Source: Daphnia carinata (taxonomy: Eukaryota). Taken from it: a stretch of 64,000 nucleotides of DNA. Made by a program: the position numbers and the translations under genes. The first letter of the stretch is position 1. Every line of letters starts with the position of its first letter. Below, piece after piece: positions 49,865-61,887 of the stretch. The stretch covers positions 3,596,001 through 3,660,000 of the forward strand of contig NC_081333.1 of the NCBI RefSeq assembly GCF_022539665.2. Reading direction: 5' to 3'. Under the pieces are notes generated by a model. That model made no database searches and was not told where the DNA came from. It worked only from the letters and a program-made list of their open reading frames with translations.

Positions 49865-52800
49865 AATTGAATGCTTACAGATAAACGAATGGAAACAATG
49901 CTTAACATCAAAGGTGGCATAAACAATAAAGGTGAATTGAGCAAGATAAATAAAAAAAAAAAAATTGATAAATATAATGTGTGAACACATACAATCAAAA
50001 TAACAAATTTTGCAAAAAACATTTGATAAAAAAAAATTTATTGACAATTCTCTGCACATTACAATTATTTTTGCAACTTTAAAAAAGCACAATAGCCCTT
50101 TCAAAAGTTGCCGTCAACCCAGGCAGGGGGAGACACTGCCTTGTTGACCCACCGGGGAGATTACCCGGTGATTGGCTAAGAGAAGCCGGAAGAAGAGCTG
50201 AAGATTTGGAACATTTTTACAGGAGCGATTAACCTTTAGTTCGGATTTGTGGGTAGCCACGTCGCCCTCCGTGAACACATCATCGGACTAAGCGGCACCC
50301 CACGTCCCCTTTCCGGCCAGAGCCCTCCAAACCTCGGTATATGTTGTTTTTATATATACCGTACAGTAGGGGCATGACCCCCTACGGGCTTATTACGAGT
50401 CAAGGGGAAACGGGGCTTCAGAAAAGAAGGGAGCCCAGATATGCACTTCAATTTTTTTAATATCAAATACCGTCTGGGGAATCCGAATTAAGTATAGAAA
50501 TGTCATGTCATCCATCCAATCAATAAAATTTATTCAGTGTCTTGCCCCAACCAAGAATTTTTTCAGATCCAATGTTACTATTAACCTATATTGAGAAAAG
50601 AAAAACAACACCGTTAAACATATCAACTGTTGATCATGTAACTTACATGACTCATAGATTCAACTTCTGGTGGAAGCTTGGGGAAGGACATACAAATTGC
50701 AGATTAACATCATTGTATAAGGCTCTTGAATGATAAACTAGCACCTGTACAATGTTGCATTGTTGATAGTTGTGTTCCCAGTACATGAAAATCTTTTCCT
50801 ATTGGATAACATTTTTTTTGGTAGATTAGACCTGGTTGGCAAAAAGGAGGAGAAATTCTTCGTCATAAATTCAAAATTATTTGAAGAAAAATCCTTTCAT
50901 ACCTAAAGAGTCCACTTCCGAAGATTTGGAACATTTTTACAGGAGCGATTAACCTTTAGTTCGGATTTGTGGGTAACCACGTCGCCCTCCGTGAACACAT
51001 CATCGGACTAAGCGGACCCCCACGTCCCCTTTCCGGCCAGAGCCCTCCAAACCTCGGTATATGTTGTTTTTATATATACCGTACAGTAGGGGCCCCTACG
51101 GGCTTATTACGAGTCGAGGGGAAACGGGGCTACGGAAAGGAAGGGAACCCAGATATGCACTTCAATTTTTTAAATATAAAATACCGTCTCGGGAATCCAA
51201 ATTAAGTATAGAAATGTCATGTCATTCATTCAATCATTACAATTTATTCAGTGTCTTGCCCCAACCAAGAATCTTTTCAGATCCAATGTTACTATTAACC
51301 TATGCTGAGAAAAGAAAAACAACACCATTAAACATCTCAATTGTTGCTCATGTGACTTACATGACTTATAGATTCAACTTCTGGCAGAAGCTTGGGAAAG
51401 GCCATACAAATTGCAGATGAAAATCATTGTATAAGGCTCTTGAATGATAAAATAGCACCCCTAGAATGTTGCATTGTTGATAGTTGTGTTCCCAGTATGC
51501 TGAAAATCCTTTCCTATTGGATAAATTTTTTTTTGTTGATTAGACATGGGTGGCAAAAAGGAGGAGAAATGCTTTGTCATAAATTCAAAAAATTTTCAAG
51601 AAAATTCCTTTCATACCTAAAAAGTCCAGGTATGATGTTCATCGCTGCAATGCCAACGAAATGAAACATCTTTAGGGCCATTTAAGTACCCAGCTTCACC
51701 AACACTCTGAACGTAAAGGACAAGTTGTTCTTTAGCAAGAGAAGCAAACTTATTTGAGGCTTCTAGCTGTGACAGAACTATAAAGGATTGCTGTTGTACC
51801 GAATTCATTAACACAAGATGGTACTTCTCATTAGACAATTTGCATTACTCTATTACTTTACCTCACACCTTAACGGTAATGCACTCTCAATGTTTTTTCA
51901 ACTACAGGCTTACTCTTCCATCCTGTAACACTTCCAGACTTGACTTGATCCCCCCGCTAAAATTCTGTGAATGCAAAATAATAGCATTAAAAATACTTTT
52001 TCGATAGACAAAAAACCGAAAAGTGCCTAATCCATGTTTTAGGTTGAACTCGTGCCATTTCTGGGTTTCCGTACCACACCCATTTTTGGCCCAAATACAG
52101 TCCCACAATTGTTCAGTTCCATCGCTGCATGGACTGAGTACGAACAATAATTGAGCCTGCTGGTTCATAATTAGAGCTAAAAAACAATAATTAATAATTG
52201 AAAACTAATATAATAATCTTTGTACTTACCATCCTTATCTTTTATTATCTTATCCATTTTAACATATTTTTCTCCAACCACACGTTATTCTCCATCCACG
52301 CTACTCAACTAACTGCGAATGGCATCCAATGGACTGAAATTGCCTACATGCCAGTAATAACGAGTCTGAGCGGTAGATGGCTACGTGTCGGAAAAAAAGA
52401 AAAAAGTGTGATTTTTTTTTTTTTTGGCGAATTTTTTTTTTTTTTTTGGGGGTAAAACGGATTGCCATATACTTAACGTTTCAGCAGAGAATTTCTAGGT
52501 AACGAGACAACCATTATGGCGACCACTTCTACGGCGTCTCCCGAACGACTGAGGACCGACAGTGTGATGCAATAGTTAGCGATTCTGCCACTAGATGTTT
52601 TGTTAATATGGCGGTCGTTTGAAACTTGTAACAATGCGCAACTGTTCTTTGTTATCAGAGATCCACGAAATTCTAAAGCTCAATTTGTAGAATTATAGAG
52701 CTTGCCCTTTGAATACATAAATGACATAGATGCTTTACAGCTGGAAATAAAAAATCTTTGTTCACCATAGCAACTGAGCTACAAACATTTAGAAATTATA

Positions 52801-54433
52801 GAACAAAACCACAGTTCTAACTAATTTTATTTGTTTTGCAAGCCAAATTCAGCTTTCAAGTGGCCACATGCCATTTATTCCAGGATATTGCAATTGCAAA
52901 CTATTTTGTATGGAACACAAAGTGGAATTTAACCTGCAATAACTTTTCCAACACATTATAATTTCAGATATAGCATTTAAATTGCATTTTAAACAGTTAA
53001 ACCTGCATATACCAATATTCGAGGTAATTCGAATTGATGGTTTGCATAGTTCTTTGTTATAAACATTTTGTCATCAAAAACAATCATTCAAAACTGATTT
53101 CACATAAAGAGTTTTCATGCAAAGGAAATTATGCATCCAACGGTGATTAAGGTCCTGTGAAATCAAATGAAACAGCAAGAAGAAATGAAAACCAGAAGAA
53201 TGATTATTGAAAGAAATGAGTTTAGTCAATGCTGTATCATCTTGCTGAAGATCTTTACACTACCATCTGTCCTTGAAATTCCGTTTTGTAAAAGTTGAAA
53301 ACTCAACAGTTCTATGCGAAATTCATTTTTAAAGAATGCTTTCTCAAGAAGAAATTCAAATCTTACCATTTTTCTTCATTTACAACTGCATACTGGGAAC
53401 TAATCTGGAACCATTGCTGCCAATAGTTCAGTTTCAGACATACCACATCCTTTAGTTACTTCTCAAACTCTACTTTGCTGCCCCCAAAACATGTCTATCC
53501 ATTTAAATTATGATATGTATACTACTATTGAAGTCAAGCCTAGTGTCTTACAGGTTCTTTCTGTTCTGACAACCTTATAATTTGAAACTAAAGTTAAAAT
53601 CTGGTTTCAGTAGCTTCCTGATTTTTCAACGATACCTTTTAAAATTAAAATTAATTAAAATGTTATTTTCTAGTGTCGTTTCCCGCGATACAACCCCGGT
53701 ATGACATAACCCATCACGCGCGTCGTCCCCCAACCTTCGTGTGCTCAAGAAGTGTGCTTAACCAACAGCAATTAAACGAGGACGGTAAGTCCTAGCTAGT
53801 ATCATGCTTCCCGTCACTGAGCAGCCAATTTCAACTGATCTTTAATTTTTTGATTTTCAAATGCAAATGCCGCTACTACTGTGGTCCATATTGTAATTTC
53901 AGTACAGGGCATCCTTTCGTCGGAATGGTGCCCCAAATGCTCTGGAAAAGTATAAATCTGCCTGGCACTGCCGGATCCATCTAGCAGGTGCATAATGGCT
54001 TCTGCGTGCTTATTAAAAATAGACCAATCTAGATATGCTTATTACGCAGCTGTTACAATTAATCGAGCGGTTGGAGCGCTGCTGTCATAAAAAAAATATC
54101 AGGTTAATTTACTTGAACATAATAGTTCACATAACAGATTTCAAATGGAAGGTAAGTGAAAACGGTGCCAAAAATGTATCAACGATTTTTAAACAAATGT
54201 TATACTTAAAATTTAGGATTTCGGCTTGGTTCAGCTTCCATTGTTAGCTTTAATTATCTACAGAAATAATGCCATGCTGTTAGATGGATCATCTGCCCAA
54301 ACTGTAACTCATTCAATTACAGAAATGAGATAAATAAGTTTCTGCCTGACAGACGCTTGATTGAGCAGGTTAGCCACATCTCTGGAGATCCTCCTTTCGA
54401 TTTATTCAGCTCTTTTCGTGCCAAGTATGGTGT

Positions 54434-57400
54434 TTATACAAAATACGCAGCAAGTTGCGCCATCTTATCTTTAGGCTTCGCTCGACCACGGCCACGTCCA
54501 CGGCCTCGACCTCTACCACGGCCTCCCCTTTTGCTTTTAGCATGAGACGCGTAACGCTTCTCGACTAGGTCAGATAGTTCGGGTGAACAAAAGATACAAG
54601 CGTCTTTAATTTTTGTCAGTCCATTGGCTAACTTAGTTTTTTCCTAAAACAATCACATAAAATTTCATGAGATAAAGCAAACCAATGTTGGATCTAAAGA
54701 TAAGATTTTACCGGCCGGTATTCGACAATCATTTGTCGGGCATCACACTCGGGGCATGTGGAATTGGCAACGCTAAGTTTGTTTGCATCTTCACAAATTT
54801 TAATTACAACCTGACATCTATAAAACAGAAAATAACAATAGTAAAATAGCATCGATACTAAAAAGTGCGAACAAAACCTTACTGGTTACAAGCCCATTGC
54901 CACTTTGGTCCAGAGGTAGGATCAAGAACAAGAATGCCATTGGGACATTCGCCACATAAAGCAACTCCAGTAGCATTTAGACCGTAGGCACAAGACGGAT
55001 GCGTGCATTGATTACATCCGCTGCCTTTCTTCATTTCCCTGATAAACATGTAAGTATTACATTAATCATTTGTTATTTATACTAATACTACTAGGTATGC
55101 ATTACGAAGACACACTTACTTAAAAGGAGGATAAACATAGCAATAGGGACAAAAGGGAAATCCTTTTCCATTCGGCCCACCCACCCAAAGCAATAATTCA
55201 AAGTCATCCAGTGGACATTTCAATTCATTGAATAATTTGAAATTTCCAGCAGTGGGCAAAGAATAAGTGGCATCACAGTTCGGACAGTGAAGACGCGCAG
55301 GTTTTGAAGCCACAAGTTTCATGAATCTAAACATAACAGAATTATAAAAGAGTTTCACACAGGTAAAAATTAGAAGACTCATAGCATTAAATAAAATGCT
55401 GTATCCTACCTTCTACACGCTCCACCTAAAAAAAAAAAAAAAAAAAATTGAAAAATTTGTAATTGTCTAAGCCCACATAGTTAAAAATAAAGATTTGCCT
55501 CACATCGACTGAAATTTCGGCCACTTTGCGATAACGTCGAAAAAGTATCTTCGAAAAGATGATCCATACTTTCAATATGCTGAACGAAATATATGAATTT
55601 CAGACGAAAAATTTCTAAGGCATGATGAAGGATTTCATCATAATTGCCTCTTCCTTTTGCAATCAAATTCAACTATTCCAAAGAAAAAATATATAGATTT
55701 ATATTCAGGAGTTGGAAAGCTTTTCTCAAGCTTGCTGTTGGCAACCAAAATAAAATCAACACTTACTTGTTCTTCCACTGCTGAACGCATGGTCGGTAGT
55801 ACCAGTTGCGGGTCAATCTGAAAAGCAATATTTCAACACGTTAGAATTATTCATGTCTAAAAAAAAAAAAAAAAAAAATGTAATACGTACGCGTCGATAT
55901 CCATGGACTAACGAGATTCCAAGTGCTGTAGGAATTAACTTTCTCCCGCTACCAACAGTAACATAGTTTCTCTGTGAAATGTTATTAATATGAACTGGAA
56001 TCGATGCATCCTGTAAAGTGAATTTGTTGAAAATCAAAAACATTTTAAACCAAACTCAAAATCAAAATTAATACAGTTCCAATGCCATGTTTTTCCATCG
56101 GGGTAATCAGTTCAGATTCCGTTAAATAATCTGGTGGTGAAGTCAACCGCTCGATTAATTTTACCTTATGAAAATAATCATGTTAAGAAAAGTTTCTGGA
56201 GGAAAACGCCTTGGGTAATACGTACCTCGTTTATAGGAACCATTTGATTAAGTTTTAAGTCAGGCATGTGCTCATCTGGGCTTAGCGCTTGCCAATGCAT
56301 AGTTCGGGTAAAACCAGCGTCCAGCAACTTTTTACCACTAACGGTAAATGACTCGTGGCCCACATCAAAATCTATTCGAGTAACCAAGTATTTACAGTCC
56401 GGAGACACCTAAATGGGGTGGGTATCAGTTATGGAACCTTTTAAGGCGTTAAGGAGTAAAATTACCGTTACAATAATATGGCGAACAATATAATCGTAGA
56501 GACGCCACGAATCGTGGTCGAACGCTTCTCTAGAGGCCAAAGACTAGAAACCGTAAACCAAATCACAAAGTAAAATGGTTATAAATTAAATAATATATGT
56601 GTATACATACTGTTATAACCATATGTATAAGTATATGTAAAGTTATAAATAATGGTTAAAGTAATGCGTTATCAATTGCATAATGATAGAAACCAAACGT
56701 TACCATTGGTGTGATCGGTGGATGGTCTCCAACATCTTGGCCTTTACGTGGATAGATAAATCCTACGTACCAGGATGAATGTTTATCCCAAGAAAGATTA
56801 GTAGACTATTAACATAACAAATGTGCTAATGATGGTTTACCCTGAGAAAGAACATCTCGAACATCGGCACCAAAATCAGGGCTCTGGCGAAATTGTTTCA
56901 AAACCCCAATAATGTCGAAGTTTTCCGGATAGTGCGTTGTTTCCGTTCGGGGATAAGAGATATAGCCCTAAAATAGAACTGTCTATGACTAAACAAATAA
57001 ATTATTATTCCTTTTACCGTATGAAACATACTTGAGTGTACAGTCTTTCTGCTATGATCATCGCGCTATGAGGACTCATACCTAAAGAAGTGCATTAAGG
57101 AAAATTTTGTTAAAGTATGCATAAAAAATGTATACCTAAACCGGAGCTAGCAACCCTCATTAATTCAACCGTGTTAAGAGCCTGTGGACGTTGCTTCACC
57201 TTTTCTTTCTGAGAGATGCCCGTAACTCTAGAATAAAGATAACAGTCAAAATCTCTTCAAGAAGGGAAAGCAGTGCGATTTGTGATGTACTTGGCTTGCT
57301 TGCAGTCTTTTATCTTGTGATGGAAGGTCGATGCAACTTCGCGATCAAATAGGCGAACTCGTTCCCATTCGAGAACAAGTTTACGGAATTCGGTAGCTTG

Positions 57401-58548
57401 AACAGACACCTGAATGAGCCAGAATGGCTCCGGCTGGAAAGTTTTGATGGTGTCATGCCGCTCAACGCAGAATCCTATTATCAAACTAATTTATTATGAG
57501 ATCAAAGGCGCAAATAGAAAATTCGAGTTTCTTCTACCTAATGTGGGTGTTTGACATGGACCTGAAATTAGATATGAAATGATGAAATATGAAACGATGA
57601 AAGGCTACTACAGACTGTACTATGTGCAAATCTGTATACCATATGAAATGAGTGTAGAATCCAAATTGCCATACTTTCCCTAATGAAACAGTGAATAATT
57701 ATATGAGTATTATGGTAAAGAATTACTACATACCTGAAAGAATCTTGTTTGGAACCGTGTAAAAGCACAGCCAATTCTCAAGTCTATTTCTTGCCTGGCA
57801 TCCACACTCTTGGATTCATTTTCATTAGGAGAAACTAAATTATTCATAGCTGATTTGATATCCTTTTCAGTGATAGCAGAAAATTTTGCACGAAAAATGA
57901 CTTGTTCATTTCTGCGAGTTTTCATCATCACATGTTCAACTTCATGTATCACTTCAAAACAAATGTTTTCTCCTTCCTTATCACAGTCTAGCCAAAGAAC
58001 CAAATAATTGGAACCTTTGGCTTCTTGAGATAGAAATGTTGGTATCTTCAGTTTAGGTGTTGCTTCCTTCTTCTCTGTTGGACATGTGAATAATTCAACC
58101 TAAAAAAAAAAAATAACATCAATATCACAAGTAACCATGTAGTGATTTAATTCTACTTACAGGGTCAACACTGTCCCAGTTGTTATAACAGCCAGTGAAA
58201 TCCAATGACATAACCTGTTAAACACAAATTGATATAGCAATGCGACTAAATTAGAATACAAAAAAAAAAAAATAGTTAGATGTCCACAAACTGATGTCAT
58301 TTTAAAGAATGCACTCTGGCCTTTGAATGATCCATTCCACTCATGGATGGAACACGCTCCATTGAAACCTTAATGAGCAAGAATTTAATTACAGACTAAT
58401 ACCATATGCAACAGTTTATCATGCCATGGTGATTCAAACAACACATTATACCTTTCCTTGAATGACAGCTATTGTTGCTCAGAATTTTTGCCAAGCTTGC
58501 TGCAAGACTTGGCTTTTCCGCCACCATGAACACAGTGTTTTTTGACAT
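54434..58548 (-). CDS. TOP3B: DNA/RNA topoisomerase III beta, many small exons
   Basis: Toprim [18 protein letters not shown] and [16 protein letters not shown]. Active site [10 protein letters not shown], then GDHPPITP and [12 protein letters not shown]-terminal Cys clusters and the RGG tail [24 protein letters not shown]. Confidence 0.96.
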
Positions 58549-59403
58549 TTCCGAAAATAACACTTCTACTCCACGTCAAAGGCGGGGATAGACTTCGATT
58601 CGAATCGGAAGCCAAAGCAGACAACGGTCAGCAGCCGCCTCGGACGTTGGGTTTGGACGTCAACGATGCACGGAATAGCTTTACGCAATCAGCATCCATC
58701 TCTAGCGTTGTCCAATAAACGATGTTACAACAAAATTTGAAATGTTGTGGGTGCGTGATGTCTGGCATAAAACTGCCAATGGTTATTCCTGTTTAGACGG
58801 GCGCAAACTCAGACAGGAAGTCAAGAAAGGCATTGGATGAAAAACTGTAGGCCATCTAATAAGCCAATACACCGACTGGATGTTACGAAAGCGACAAGTA
58901 TCCACCAACCAGCCTCGCTCATGCACCCAATAGAGAGCTTGAGCCGAAGCTGGTTGGACGAATTCCGTTGACGAACATCTTGCAAGTCATTCATCTTCGT
59001 CTTTAGCACAACCTGCTTGTGTGTACTCGTGCTTAAAATTCCTGGTTATGTAACTAGTGTACGTCTCCATGCAAAGCATGGCAATGATTTAAAACATTCA
59101 CATAGTTATCAAGAATCTGTGTAACCTCTAGGCAGCTTCGCGAACTCTAACTGACCTCTAATCACTAACCCCAAACGCGAGCATTCGAGCTCGCAGGTGG
59201 TTTAACAATATATAGAATGGCAACACCGCCACGAAATATTTTTGATCGCATATTACGTTCGAATTGGTTCTCGATCTCGTTTTTCAGTGATCTTATCGTT
59301 TTATTTCTTCTCTCTGAAAACCGTTCTCGACAGAATAAACTCTAAACAATAAAATAAACTTCACTTTCGAGGTGCTATTCCCAGTACTTACTTCAATTTT
59401 TAA

Positions 59404-61438
59404 ATGGCTGCCACGTCTATGGAACGTTATCTTCAAGTGCTCTATTCTACTGTTGATGCAAAGAAAACGCCACTGCCTACTTCGTGGAGCAGTACAGATA
59501 AAAACAACTATATTAAACTTTCTAACATGCACCGGAGAGCCCATTACAAAGGTATGTGTTATTTACATTTATACAGAGGGATAAACTAAATATTTGATCT
59601 TCCTATAGGGTATTCACGTTCAATAAAAGACACTGCATGTGTGAGAAGTGATCACCCTATACCTCTTGCTTGCGGTCTCTACTATTTTGAAGTCAAAGTT
59701 ATTGACAAAGGATTAAAAGGGTATGAATATACCTATGAACATGTTCTACTCAACTATTATAATCTTCAATTAATTAATTATTTGTTCGTATTCCAGGAGC
59801 ATTGCCATTGGTGTTGGAACTAGAGAAATGAATTTAAGCATACTTCCTGGAATGGACAAGAATTCTTTTGGCTACCTTGGCAACTGTGGTGGAAAATTCT
59901 GGGGATCAGAAGTGGGTACAGCCTATGGACCTTCTTTCACTACCAATGACACAATCGGTTGCGGCGTTAACCTAGTTAATCGCCAAATCTTTTTTACAAA
60001 AAATGGAAAAAATCTTGGTGAAGCATTTTCCGGCTCTCTTTTTGACGCGTCTTCAGTTTTAGGGTTGTACCCTACAGTTGGTCTCCAAACCACGGGAGAA
60101 GTTGTAGAGGCAAATTTCGGGCAGTCACGCTTCATGTATAACATCGAAAAAGACATAAATGAACTAAAGAAGAAAACTGCCTCCTCAATTACTGAATTTC
60201 CTATACCAAATGAGCACACTGAGATGCCAGCCGTGTTTCAAAGGTAAATCATTACTACGCTTGGATGCAACAGCAACTTGATTCATGCCATACTATTTGT
60301 TCGTCCTTCTATGTAGCTGGGTGTTTTCATATCTAATGCACCAAGGATACTATTCTACAGCTGAAGCATTGGCGCGCAGTACTGGCCAAAAATTGGGTGA
60401 GGAAGAATCATCGATGAAAAGCAGACAACGTAAGCAAACTATTCTAAAAAAAAACCTGGTTGTGAACCGAACCTTAAAATATTCTTCTCCACTTTCCATT
60501 GAAAGGAATCCAAGGTCTGGTTTCAAGTGGAAAAATAGGAGAAGCAATTGACGTGACTCAAGCATGTTTCCCTACGTTCCTGGACTCGCATCCCAATTTA
60601 TTCTTTTTACTGAAAGTCCACCATTTCGTGGAACTGATTGACACTTTGAATCCTAAATCTTTCTTAGCTGCATTGAAAGCCGCCCATGCCTGTTTGTTTG
60701 TATCGCAAGATGAAGCGGAAAAAGATGTGGAAATGAAGGAAACCTCTTCACGTGATTCCCACTCGGACATTACGATGGATACAGCCAAAGATGATAATCT
60801 TGAAATTGGTAAAAAGTTTTCCTTAAAAATAAAAATGTACACTTTTACCTTACCTTTTGTGTTATCGTAGAAGTTGATGGTCCGGGGCCCAGCAACGCGT
60901 TCGCTACCCAAGGTAGTATTTACAGGAGACGAAGCCGCCGAATTCACGGCCGTTTGGATCGCAAAGCTGTTATGGAAACAATTGAGTTAGAAAGAGAGTT
61001 GAAGAGTCAGAAGTTCACACCAGAAGATCGCAGAGCTGTTATGAAAACAATTGAGTTAGGAAGAGAGTTGAAGAGTCAGAAGTCCACACTAGAGGATCAA
61101 TATGGAGTGAATGACGCCAATAACAACTTACTTGCTGTAAGCCAATATTAATAGTTAGTGTTTCTTATAAATTATTTCGTCCTATGTGTTTCTAGAAAGC
61201 CTTTAATTCACTATCGTACACTTACCGCCTGTTGGAAGGTCCTTTGAGTGAACTCGTCGACCCGAAACAGCGAGAAGTGTTGGCTGATACACTCAACTCC
61301 GCCATTTTGGAAGCGAATCAGTTGCCCAAAAAATCAATTTTGCGGTTAGCTATGGCACATGCAAAAGAACTACAACAGACAATGGCCCAAAACGGTATCG
61401 GAGCGTCGGCATTCGCAAGCATCGATGAATCGTTTTAG
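59404..61438 (+). CDS. RanBP9/10-like CTLH-complex subunit (SPRY-LisH-CTLH-CRA), divergent
   Basis: TPLPTSWS, VRSDHPIPLACGLYYFEVKV, YGPSFTTNDTIGCGVN, LYPTVGLQTTGEVVEANFGQ, LisH SYLMHQGYYSTAEALARST, CTLH LVSSGKIGEAI and CRA REVLADTLNSAILE. Confidence 0.9.
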
Positions 61439-61887
61439 AACATCTCAGACACCACCCTTAGGTATTGTTTCTCTCTAATAGCAACACGTGAACAACCTAC
61501 AAAATTTTCAGCCCAGTAATAACAAAACGTACCTGCATTTGCCCGTTTGGCCTTTATATCTAAATTTCTTGTTTTCGTACGTAATGACCTTTTCTCCTGT
61601 TTATCAATGACATTTGTACCTGTTTAGGCAATTTCCGTGAAGTTTCTTTGTACGTTGCTAAAGTGCGATTGTAAGAATTCAATTGTACGCGTCACCGTTA
61701 AAAACCATTAAATAGTTAACTGCATTGTGTCGTTACTTGTCGCGGCAGCACCTGGAACATCATTTGCCAACTTTTGTTCCAAGACCAAAATGTAAATTTT
61801 TTATACATTAGCAATACGTCATATTGATAATCCAAAACTCAAGGGTATCACAAATCGCAAGAATGGCACGGATGCAGTGCGAAAATT

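Larger units (their letters stand above)
47139..52469. mobile_element. Foldback element, copy 2 (about 5.3 kb) with TATGGCAATCC...GGATTGCCATA termini
   Basis: Left arm 47139-about 49365, centre with three tRNA-like cassettes, right arm A about 49865-50914 (truncated) and right arm B 50919-52469, whose end is the reverse complement of 47139-47460. No TSD is visible. Confidence 0.88.
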
